Below are positions 1-12,600 of a DNA stretch of 64,000 nucleotides, piece after piece. How positions within the stretch are numbered: position 1 is the first letter of the stretch; each line of letters starts with the position of its first letter. The notes beneath the pieces are model-generated. The model saw only the letters and a list, made by a program, of their open reading frames with translations. It ran no database searches and had not been told where the DNA came from. The translations under genes were made by a program, and so were the position numbers. Origin of the DNA: Hormiphora californensis (lineage: Eukaryota > Animalia > Ctenophora); NCBI GenBank assembly GCA_020137815.1, contig CM035351.1:9424001-9488000 (forward strand), in the 5' to 3' direction.

Positions 1-935
1 CACATGTTATCTGCAGCGCTCACATATCATGATAATGAACTACATTAACCGTAGTATTATGCACTATGCTGCAGGGACATCACACACACACATCACCCAC
101 ACACATGATATTGATCAAGCCTGAACAACAGGTTATTGAATCAATCGACCGTTCAACGGTACGAGGTGCCATCACTAGATTCGTGCAGTAGATCCGAAGA
201 TCACGAATTCAATTAATATGTCGTGATTACTGTTTATTGTTAATTGAATTCGTGATCTTCGGATCTACTGCACGAATCTAGTGATGGCACCTCGTACCGT
301 TGAACGGTCGATTGATTCAATAACCTGTTGTTCAGGCTTGATCAATATCATGTGTGTGGGTGATGTGTGTGTGTGATGTCCCTGCAGCATAGTGCATAAT
401 ACTACGGTTAATGTAGTTCATTATCATGATATGTGAGCGCTGCAGATAACATGTGCCCTGTTTAATACGCCTAACTGGTTAGAAAGCAAGAACCCTGTTT
501 AAATACAAGGATTGTTGCTGTTCGAGATATCCGATATAAAGATAGTGCTAATACATCAGTACTGTGGGAATATGATATGCGCCTAGATATATCGAATCCA
601 GTGGATCGCTTGGTTACTTCCTTCGTTAAACAAGCATTGAAACTGGAGGGTTGGAGTAACTCATATACAGTGCGGCACATTAATGTGTTTGTATCTGATT
701 TTTCGGAATGACCAGTTGGGCTATTAAACAGTAATCACGACATATTAATTGAATTCGTGATCTTCGGATCTACTGCACGAATCTAGTGATGGCACCTCGT
801 ACCGTTGAACGGTCGATTGATTCAATAACCTGTTGTTCAGGCTTGATCAATATCATGTGTGTGGGTGATGTGTGTGTGTGATGTCCCTGCAGCATAGTGC
901 ATAATACTACGGTTAATGTAGTTCATTATCATGAT
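1..935. repeat. Head-to-head palindrome plus 1.4 tandem copies of a ~505-bp structured unit (retrozyme/PLE-like architecture)
   Basis: 1-216 is the exact reverse complement of 240-455; 745-935 repeats 240-430; 1-236 read on the minus strand equals 725-744 followed by 240-455. Confidence 0.9.
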
Positions 936-1579
936 TAAATAAGTTAGTTAAAAATTCACTCCGTGGAGTGCGATTCGTACACAGTGTGTACGTCTCGGGC
1001 TGGTCAGTTATACATTTACAATTGATTAGAATATAAACCCATTACACAAGCAGTTGATCCCCAAATAAAGATTGTTCTATTACAGCTCTTACTACCTTTC
1101 TAAAGTTCGATTTTACCTGCTTGTCTTTGGAGAAAATTAGTGGAAGATGGAAGTTCATTTCATAAGAAGATATCACCCTTAGTTCCTCACGGGGCCCTTC
1201 CACATCTTTTATCGCAGAACATTCAAACAACTTGTGGAATGTTGAATCTGGGAGTTGGCCACATTCAAGACAATTGGGAACTGCAAGTTGTTACTGCCGC
1301 CGTTGTCGGATCATCCTGATTCTAGAACTTGAGCGTTTCTCCACTGTGTCCTACCAGGTCCCTTTGACCTTTCAGGACCTTAGTCTACCTGAAGTACCTT
1401 GTAAGGAGGCTAGAGGGCCGCCAATTGGGCGCCCATTGCCCAATGATTCTCCGATCAGCGGTCAGCGCTATGACCCAACGTATCTCTAGAACTTGTTGTT
1501 GAGGTGTTAGTTATTTCAAACTGTTTATCACTTGTGTACTGAGTATTGACCGTCCCATTTGTCAGCTAGAACAGGCGAA

Positions 1580-4500
1580 ATGGATGAGAACCCGTTTGCG
1601 GACCCTAACCAGGTCAACCCCTTCATGGACCCATCTGTTCAACAGGTTAATATCATTATCTTAGTTGCCAAATAGTTGCAAAATACTCAAATGTACATTA
1701 CAGAATTGTGGGGTTATATCTTGTATACTATCCCAGGTATCTGCCCAATCTACGACGGTTGGTGCAGGGCTAGAGGACGCTATGTTCTCCGAGCCTGCCA
1801 CAGTTCCTGTTGCGCCTGTTATAACCCAACCTGCTGCTATCCCAACCTACCCTGCTAGTACGGCAGCTCCCAGCTACGCCCCTCCCAGTTACCCTACCAC
1901 CGGTACAGCTGGAGGGTATGGGTCCTCTAACTCATTCAATTCGCAACCACCACGACAATACGGCAACGATGAGAACCTGAAGAAACAGGTCAGTGTGAAC
2001 TAAGTGTGTGTGTGTTTGTGTGTGCAAGACTCTTTCTATAGCACTATAACAGGGATTTAGTTTTGTGTGTGTGCGTGTCTATTAAAGATATCGATATCAA
2101 CTGAATAGCCCGTGGGTAAGTTGCACCCTTGTCGCCTCAGGAGGATCTGAATGAAACTGTAGACACTGAAGTTGTGCAACCAGAGGTTGGTATTCTACTA
2201 TTTTGTAGTCAATTAGATTATAGTTGTGTCGTTTTCACAGTGGGGAAGGAATATTGGTGTGGCTTTCACAGATCATACACATTTCTCTCTCACGTAGTGT
2301 ACATTTCTTCATCAAGACAGATCTTGTTTATTTCCCTATCTCTCTCTATCAGTACACCCCTGCTTCACTGCTGCAAACAGTTTGTAGAGAGCTCTCTCTC
2401 ACTATTTCCGGTTACCATCAAAAATAACACCATCGACCAAAGATTTACAGGCAATGATCACTTCACTCCCTCCTCTTGCCCAGTATATATCTCTCTCTAT
2501 CCTCTCTCTGTGTGCATCTCCCTCTGTTGGTCGATGTAATTAGGTCATTAGTGGTAGCGGGCAGAACGAACAAATCTACGCATGCCTGCATTGCACACAC
2601 ACACACGCTGTATCCTTCTAGCATGTTCTCTCTCTACATATCTCCCTCTCTCTCTCCCTCTCTCCTCACACACACACTGCACAGGGGACACAAAGGAAAC
2701 TAAATTGTATAATGCAAGCAATGGGGGGATGGGGTGCTACAGTACTTCTAAACACACAAAGCACATTTTGCAACCTTCCCTCTGACCCACCACAAATATT
2801 AATCCGCTGCTTTTCCTTTCAAAAAACTACAAACATGTTTTAAAAATTGCATATAATATTTGATGATTATGTTTAAACTTATGTTATCTCTCTGCTTGGT
2901 AGCATTGTATCACTACTTTGAAACTGTGCATGTGATGTATGCAATGTAAACATCTCTGCTATTTCCTTTCAGAAACTGGTCGAGGATGAATTTAGGAAAC
3001 GCGAAGAGGTAAATACAGACTGACGTGCTGTCATTATAGATCTGAGTGTAACCGCCTCATAGACTCGTGTGAGACGTGATTATCTCCTGAGAGAGAGAGA
3101 TGGAGAGAGAGAAAATAGGAGGGAGATAGAGAGAAAGAAAATGATTAGATACTGTCACAATGAGAGTATCAGATGGTATAGAGGTCACATTGTCTAGTAA
3201 TGATCACACCCCCTACAGGATCTGGAGAGAAGGGAACAGCAGTTGAGAGAGGAACAGAGACGACTAGAAGATGCCAGGGTCTATGGAGACAGAGTCCCTA
3301 ACTTCCCTCCCATCCCTTCCTTCTTCCCCTGTGCACCTTGTGTCTATCATAACATCGATTTCGATATCCCTCCCGAGCACCAAGTCAGCGTCAGGAGAGT
3401 CTTCTACCACTGGCAATGTATGTGAAACAGACAGACAGATAGACAGACAGACTGACAAGTGACAGACAAACAGAATCACATACAGAGATACAGATATAAC
3501 ACCAGACTTGCTGGCAGCTCTACCACTATTAGTTAACCCCATGTCCCTCTCTCTCTGTACAGTTACCGTGTTTTGCTACTTGTTCAACTTTGTTGTCTGT
3601 TTTGGTATGATCTGCAGTTTGGGAACATCAGCTGGGTCTGCCTTTGGTCTGTCTCTCCTCTTTGCCTGCCTTTTCATTCCCCTCTCATTCCTGACGTGGT
3701 ACAGGATGTTATACAACGCTGTCAGGTAACAATTAGAGTCCATCAATGTTCAGGGTACAATACAAGTAGTAATGACTAATGACTCATTACCACTGAGTCT
3801 CTCTCTTTCCTCTCACTTTCTTAAACTTGAATTCCTCAACTTTCTCTGAATCGTCTCAATGCTTTTGTTGGTAAAGCGGCTACCCTCATTTCATAGAATA
3901 CTGTTATCATAATAAAGTGGGCTAATACTTGGAATTGGGTGTGTTAGGAAACTAATATCTCTCTCATGCTACAAGTTTAGTTTTCTCCCTCTTTCTCTCA
4001 TCTTCGCTCCCTTTCCACATTTCTCGTCCAATCTCTTTGACCACTTCATCACCAGGGACATGAAATGGGCACTACTGTGTGCTGGGTGTATTACACTCTC
4101 TATCTCTCTATGAAAGAATATATCGAGGGAGTTTTGAGAGAGAGAGGGAGAGAGGGAGGGAGATTGCGGGATCTAAGTTATTAGTTAAGAGATATTGCGG
4201 GAGAGAGATAGAGAGATATTGGAAGTACCTAAGTTCCAACTGATGGAGGGGGAATTTCAATTTACCCCTCGCCCCCCTATCAAATCACTACTACTGAAAT
4301 GGTTGAGTATAAGTGTGTAAGAAGCAGAGAGAGAGATGTTAGTGTACTATATTGTGTATCTTGCTGCACACACACTACCATTCTAACACCACCTTGCAAA
4401 TTGTATTGTGTGTGGGTAGTGGTACTGGGTACTGTGTGTGAACAATGCTCTCAGTAAAAAGAGCAGCACAATAAAGTAGCAACTAACACGATATAATCTC

Positions 4501-5631
4501 TTTCAGGCAAGATAGTAGTATGCGTTACATGCTATTTTTCTTTACCTACGGGTTCCAAGTCCTCGTCAGTGGAATTGGTGCACTTGGTGTCGGTGGGGGC
4601 GGTTTTGCGTAAGTCTCACCCCTTCCCCCCTCCCTCCTAGACTGGACAGTTCTATACGTTACATGTCGTTTTTCTTTCTGTACGGATTTCAAATATTTGT
4701 GTCTGCCGTGGCTGTGCTTGGTTTTAGTGGTGGCGGTTTTGCGTGAGTGTTCCTAAATAGCAGTCTCAGCATTCAGAAGTGCACTACACACGCTCCTAGC
4801 ACTCCAATAAGCTGTCTCAACTCTCTTATCTGCAGTCAGATATATAGCCCTCGTTTTTAGAATATTTCTTACACTGCCAATATTCTCTCCATTTCTCCGT
4901 GCATTTGTTGTCTTTCGGATATCTCTATTTCCCCAGCAAATCTCTCTTCTTTCTACAGCCCTGTACAGCATGTATCTTTACAGCACTATTTTAACTGCCT
5001 GGAGTTTAGAATGTATCGGATGTCGCCCCCCCCCCCCTAATGTATAGTTAGCCCTTCTGCACCTGCTGCCCGAGTCAGCCCCTTTTTGTACCCTTCCCAA
5101 ACACTAGTACCCTGCTGCTTCACAGTGATCTAATACACGCCAAGTTGTAATGACCTAACACCTCTCCCAGGGGCTGGATCACTGCTTTTGCTACAATGGA
5201 GAAGAACAAAGTGCTGGGTGTTTTGGGAATCCTAAACAGTCTGGCATGGTGTGCCAACTGTCTAATTGCCGTGTACCTTATCATGCAGGTACTTTCTGAT
5301 AAAGAGAATATCTCTCCCACACATCCGTATCAGTCCGCAGGGCGTGTACATTTCAGCAACATCACCCAACGACTAGCAGAGAAGTTGTGCGCGTTCCCAG
5401 ACCCCTTCGCGCGAGGTGACACACCCGCCGCGCATCAATTCCCCACGCATGCAAAATGGACAGCCCCCTGATGCTGCCAGATTTAAATTGCCCCGCTAAT
5501 ACCCCCCCCCCCCCCAGATCCACAAGACATACAGGACGACTGGACAGAGTATGGAGAAGGCATCTGGAGAGTTTGCAGCTAGTGCTGGTAGCAGCAGAAG
5601 TTTCGGGCAGGCCGTCCTGCGAAGTCTATAA
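1580..5631 (+). CDS. SCAMP: Secretory carrier membrane protein (SCAMP), spliced
   Basis: Exons 1580-1645, 1737-1988, 2973-3008, 3219-3417, 3563-3725, 4507-4608 or 4641-4742, 5171-5288, 5518-5631, all GT-AG and in frame. N-terminal NPF repeats (MDENPFADPNQVNPF), NFPP..PCVYHNIDFDIP, E-peptide-like LTWYRMLYNAVR.DSS, hydrophobic TM segments. Confidence 0.92.
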
Positions 5632-6668
5632 ACTGATCTATAATTTGGGCCATAATACAGGCCCCCCTAAATATGTAACTATTTGGTTTTTGCTTCAAAG
5701 TTTCAATGCAAAGTTCGCCCTTCCCTAGTCGTCCCTATCAAGTCCCTATGTGATTAGTAAAGTGGTGGTTTAATTAAGCCTATTAGTAGTTGTTAAGTAA
5801 CAAATAAGTAGTAATATATCTACACGTTTTATGCCGGTCAAGTTTAAGTTATTGGTAGCCGCGTATTAAAGATTTTAAACGTTTAGCTTGATCCCTGTAG
5901 TTTTGTTAATATTTTGTGTGTATGTGGTTTGAGCAAGTGAAGCTCCGAGATTGCTAGTTGAAAAAGCAATTGAAATATGTGTGAATATCTTACTTTGCGT
6001 GTGTAATGTGTGTGAGAGCCTTGTTGGGCGTCCCCCCGTGTGAGTAAAATGGACATTGTGTTAAAAATGCTGGCGTTTTCCCCTTTTCCCAATGTCATGT
6101 ACTATTAATGTTTCACAAAATCAGTTGTTTTCTAATTTGTTTATATCCGCAATGAAGCCCAACAATCGTCACACATTTTAGAGCCGGGGGTTCTGTGACC
6201 AGTGACAGTCACTTGGCAGATTCCCGAGTACAAAAGGGGCTCATTCAAATGTGTTTAGTTATCGTTGGGCTCCATTGATCATTAACCGGAAACAAGGAAC
6301 GATTGTCCAATTCAGTGGCAGATCAAAACAGTTAAAATTCAGTAATACACCGTACACGCACCTGGGAAAGTGTTACCATCACAATCATCACCAACATGTA
6401 AATCCCCTCTTTCTAAATCTTACAGAATAAGAATAACTTCACTAAGGCTCTATGAGGTTACATTTCATACTCAATTACAATAATTTATCCCACTCATTTC
6501 AATATAAACATGACCTGTCTGGCGGTATCATGACCATGGCGGCAGTGTGTCTCTGGTGTGACTCCTATAACCCAATCGGAGACGATCTATGTAAAATAAA
6601 TTAGTAATAAAAACTCGTCCTTCCGATTTGTCTATCTGTCTTCAATATCTTGTAGAATTAGTGTCCCG

Positions 6669-9600
6669 TCACTCCACCAACACTCCCTGTGTATCATCTG
6701 AAAGAAATGAATGTCAATAAAGGTCCATCTTTGGGTACTTTGGGCAGCACAGGGCGTTAATTAGCAGTTTAGAGGGGGGGGGCCAACGCTCATTTTTTAT
6801 ATATTTTTATATATTTTATATACCTTTTTTTTGGGAAAAAAAAACATAATTTTTTATATATATATAAAATATATAAAAATATATAAAAATACATATGAAT
6901 ATATAAAAATATATAAGAATATATAAAAAATATATAAAAATATATAAAAAATTGTGCCGAAAGTGTGAAAACAGAAAGCTGTTTTTCGCCATAGCGGGAT
7001 CAAATATCATTCAATTGATCTCAAACTTGGTCAGCATCTTCATCTAGATAATCCTGATGATTTTCCGTCATCAATGTGACGTTTGTAACATCGTGACGTC
7101 GCGTCAATAACGTCATGACGTCAAAATGACGTCAAAAATGATTTGTTTTTTAGTTTCGCGATCCCAACCTCTCTTCACCAGTTCTAGTACATCTGTACGG
7201 ATCAACATACAAAAAATGATTGAAATCACACCAAAACTGGTAGATATTATTAGGCCGGAACCTCTCTTCACCAGTTCTACTTTTGACAGTGCATAATTCA
7301 CTTTTGAACACATTCTCAATTATGTAAAACAGCTATCACCCTCTCAAACACTTAAATTAACTCTATGAAACATATTCAAGTGAACAATAGATGGAAATAA
7401 TCCCCTTTTTTGAAAGTAAAAGGGGTGAAAAAAGGGTTTATTTTATATATTTTTATATATTTTTATATATTATTTATATAACTTTATATATTTTTATATA
7501 TTTTTATATATTTTTATATATTTTTATATATATATAAAAAATTCCAAAATTAAGGAAATATATAAAAAATTCGTTGGCCCCCCCCCAGTTTAGATGTGCA
7601 CGCCACGCATCCTCGACAAATCTACGCCATCATGGGGAGCTGAGTAGAGAGACAGAGGGGCAAGATTACTGAAGTAGTATTCTACAGAATTGACCTACCA
7701 TCAGAATCAGTTAGCATTGAGAAAGCTAAACGTTCCCCTTCCTCCTCTTCACTCTCCTCCTCTTCCCCCTCCTCTTCTTCTTCATCCCCTTCTGCATCTT
7801 CTCCCTCCTCATCTTCCTCATCATCTTCATCATCTTCTTCATCATCATCGTCTTCTTGGGAATTGTCAGTGAACAGCTCGTTCTCAAGATCTGAAAGAAA
7901 GATAGTATATATTCACTGATCTGATTCAGAATTGGTAACTGCGGTATCTACTGCACCACATTTGATCACTAAAACATGACTTCAAATAGTGATGATCAAC
8001 CTACCTCCCAGACCCATGTCATCATCTTCATCTTTCTCAGAGTTCTCATCGTCATCTTCTTCATCATCTTCATCATCTTCTTCTTCTTCATCGTCTTCTT
8101 GGGAATTGTCCGTAAACAGCTCGTTCTCAAGGTCTGAAAGAAAGATGGTACATATTCACTGATCTTATTCTGAATTGGTAAATGCGGTATCTACTGTACC
8201 ACATTTGATCACTAAAACATGACTTCAAATAGTGATGATCAACCTACCTCCCAGACCCATGTCATCATCTTCATCTTTCTCAGAGTTCTCATCGTCATCT
8301 TCATCATCATCCTCATCATCATCATCAGCGTCATCTCCCCTTCCAGACTTGGTCCTCCCAACCTGGATATTGAGCGGGGGATTACAACAAGTGAAAGGGG
8401 GTTACAACAAGTGGAAATTATTGTTATAGTTCAAGAGTGGTATCTCACTGAGACTCTCAGTAACTAACCCCCCTCCCCCGCACAGCCCTTCACAGCCCTA
8501 CAGTGTTGGCTGCAACTGTAACTAGCATCACATTGAGTTACATTTTCCAGCCTAGATAGAGAGGACTCATATAATCCAGTTGTGGGGTTTTATCCCGTTG
8601 AGCAAGTAATGAACCACACACGAAAACTCCGAATATTTTTCATTTTATTTGATCTTCTTTTCGCTATATCTCGTGCTCCGTATTCTACCCCCACCCTGCC
8701 CGAATAATAGGATGCCCAGATGTTTATTCATGGTACTCACCATGTACACTTTAACAACGGATCCCCCCGTCCAAGTTTGTGTGAAATCTTCGTTAGTGCT
8801 CTCAACTGTCGCTAGTAGAATGTCTCTCCTGGAGACAATGATGTGTTAGCCATGCAGCTGTTTGGAATTTGGGTATTTAGGAAGATTTGAATAAAATCTA
8901 TAAACCGATGGCGCCTTTAGCCTCTTGGTTTAGAAAACAAGGGGGTTACACTAAACTGTACCTGCAGAAGCTGAGGTCGATAAGTTGTTTGCCTACATCA
9001 AAAGACCCAATTGAAGGGTAGTCGTGGGCTGCTACAAAGGTTTTAAAGGTGCTTTCAAAGGGACCCAGGATCTGCTTATACGAGGGATCGTGATCATGGA
9101 CATTCTGTTTAATGTGGGTCACTGCAGAGAGAGGGGTTACTGGGTTAGTTTCTCTGTAGTAGTTGTCTAACAACACTGGTGACGTCATCCAGTTAAATCT
9201 AACTACCATGGTAACCATGGTAACCACGAACAGCTAGTGGTTCTCTACCCCCGTAACCAGGCGGTACTCACATCCATACATGACATCTCGCGAGTGGTTG
9301 AACTTCAGTAGGCAGTTTTCCAGCGAGTTGATGGTGTTGAGTAGCTTGAATGTTCGGAGGTCCCATAACTCTGTGTTTATTATCAGTTCGATTCCTTGGA
9401 GAGAGGGGGGATTTAGTAGGGTACAGGGAACTAACAAACGGAAATGTTTTAACTCTCAAGGGGAAGTTATTTGCCGAATTTTACTGAGTCTAACACCCCC
9501 GTAGAATTAGAGTTTTCTAAAGATTCAATTCAGAACACTGTCATGATAGTTTCTGATATTATATGAGAGATGTTGCCTCTCTGGGAGTTGAACTATTAAA

Positions 9601-12600
9601 CCAAAATTAGTACTTCATCAACCTGTCGCCACAAATCACTAATCCAGCTATATTACAGTACTGTCGAATTACTACTTGCGACTCTTTCTCTTTTTATTGA
9701 CGAGTATCCAACAATGTTTTTCCTATCCCCATTTCCTAAATTCCCACAACAGAAGATGGGGTGTTGTGGTCATGGTTTTAATTGGGCACTAATTGGCCTA
9801 AATTAAGATTTAATGATCACAAAATTCGATCACAACTCTCTGTGTGTCTGTGTGCTCCAGTCACATGGAAACGATTTCTTCACATTTTGGTTGCCATATA
9901 ATCAACTAAAATAGCCCATATATTATGAAAATTAAAATGAGAATAATAAGCTGCTCATGCTACTACTTGTAATTGTGATTAACACGGCGGTTTTCATGAC
10001 AGCTCGTCCCAAATTGTAGTTGTTAATTAACTTATAATTAATTGCCATGGTTACCTAGGTACCTGGGGCTGTGGTTAATTATTGCCATGGTTACCTGTGG
10101 GGCTAAAGACTCCACTGACAGTGTTATTGAGTTTATCGAACTTGTGTATTGCAGTGGGGGTCCTGTAGTCCCAGAGGACACCGTCATTTAGCACTAGATC
10201 GTCTGTAAAGTTGAATACCGCGTGGTTCTTTATATAGTTGTTTGATCTGAAACAGAAGGTATTTTCAGTTTGATAGGAGATATCACGCTGCCAATTTAGC
10301 ACGGAACCTGCCCCACAAATTAAGTTATTGCAAGGTACAGGTGCAATAACTTGATTTGTTGATTGAGATATGTATAACAGAAACTAATATCTCAGTCTCC
10401 ATATAATGTGTACCAGTACTATATAGACTGGAGATAAGTGTCGTTGAGGACGTCTCTTATTAGCGCCTAATTCACTACAAACATGTGTCAAGTACTGCAA
10501 CCCTCAAAACAGTTAACTCTATATTCTATCAGTACAGTATCCCCCTCACATTGGGTATCTTTCTATTCGTGTGACTATCTGACATACATACAATGTCGGG
10601 AATAATTTGCCGTACGGAATTCCGCTCTGAATATTTTAATTGATCAGCTAATCATCTCTTACCCAGGAGGGTTAGTCATCGTGTGAATCGTTTTCCCCGT
10701 GTATGTGTCTATCACGGCGCATTTGTGGCTCTCCATCGTGCCCAATATCAGATCGTCTGAAGGGAGGTTACCATGGTTACTGAAGGGAGGTAACCATGGT
10801 TACAGTGAACATGGTTACTGAAGGGAGGTAACCATGGTTACAGTCAACATGGTTACTGAAGGGAGGTAACCATGGTTACAGTCAACATGGTTACTGAAGG
10901 GAGGTAACCATGGTTACAGTCAACATGGTTACTGAAGGGAGGTTACCATGGTTACAGTCAACATGGTTACAGTCAACATGGTTACTGAGTAGCACTTACA
11001 GTTGCCAAGTTGATCATGAGACATCTGGGCGAATATCGACTATCGGTTTAATCAAAGCTTTAGCTTTAGTACATGATATGCTTTACCGAAAGTGCATACC
11101 CGCATATTTTGACATAATGAGGGTATATTGTTTACAGCGATATTGTAATTACATTGACAAAACAGAGCACATATTGTCTCCCTTAAATTGCAATGACTTA
11201 TAACATTTGGATATATTTTGCTATCAGCGTGGTTCCTACTGTTGCAATGAACTGTTCATGACCAAGTTGTTTGTACCTGAAGTATAACTGAAGCAGGCAT
11301 GTCTAGCATCAGGGATATCCAATCGGTGGTCTAGTATCTCATGGTAATTCGTAACGTTCACTCCCCATAACGCACACCCGTGACCCTCAGTTGTCTCGGA
11401 CGTCTAGAGAGATGGAGAATATTAGTATCGACAATAATTAGTGGCGAGAGGAACGGAGCGATTTATCAAAAGGTTTTTACAATGGAGTTCTCAGTTTTTT
11501 GCAAAATCTGGGGGAGTATTTTATCATGATTTATGATAAAGGTGCGAAGAATGACTTGTACGAATATCAGTATATCACAACAATGCCGCAATGAGTTAGC
11601 GTGTCAGGCAGAGTCACATCTCAGAGATCTTATTAGAAGTAACCGGACTAGAGACGACCTTTACAGAAGTCTCACGCCATCATAAATATATTCCCTCCCT
11701 CTCTCAATCTACAGTCCTACAGATCTGCAGCTGACGGCGTTCAAGATATTCTCTCTCTCACTCTCTTTCTATCTTCTTGGCAATTGCAGTTGCATTGATG
11801 ATTGAATGTTTGTTGTTCTTCTTTCTTCAGTACACTCACCCTACCCTAACCCCTAGCTGGTACTTACAGTGTTAGTTGAGGCAGCAATCAGGAGACGACC
11901 CGACTGGGAGAGATTGAGTGATGTCACCGGCTCTGGATCACTGCTTTCTACCGTCTGCAGACACGAATATGGAGGGTGTTCTGCGACCTTGTGATAATTG
12001 TAAACCTAAAAACAGGTAATATATTAGCCGAGGGGGGTTGCCTGTCAGAGCATTGGCCTATTGGTGCGAGAACCGTGGTCATAGCATTGGCCTGACAGGG
12101 TTAGGGATATCATGGGTTGGGGACGAGAGTGAGATAATGGGGGTCTGAGAGTGTTAAAACCTAGTTTCACTTGACGTCACGAGGGGGAGGGGTACTTAAG
12201 AGGTGTGGCGCTTGACGTTTTTCAGATAACAAAAATTTAACTGAGTAATGGTATGGTCTGATGTTACTGCAATATTACCCAGTACTAGGTAGTACTGCAG
12301 TAGCATCAGACCATACTTGCACACGTCCTACTCCCACATACATACAACCCCAGGGTACTACTCCACTCTTCTTGTTGTTCCTATGTCAAAATTTATTATT
12401 ATTATTATTACCCTCACTCGCACTCACCTTCATTTCACCAGTGTTGCAGCCTGTTATAACCAGGTCATCCACTACTGCACAACTTGTAAAGTTCATATCG
12501 TCCCAGCCGGTAGAGTTGCGGTCATCTAGTTTGAAGGTGAATGTCGGCTTGAACTTGCTGAATATAAACTTGTAATCGTGCTGGCGACCTCCTCTTCCTG

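Noticed and set aside
475-711. Stop-free + frame (VRKQEPCLNTRIV...) in the 505-nt unit as a GIY-YIG remnant or small protein
   Set aside because: No early ATG and only a few residues of resemblance; insufficient support.
10910-11203. Second nested gene in DCAF1
   Set aside because: Starts inside a minisatellite; no recognisable domain or supporting exons.
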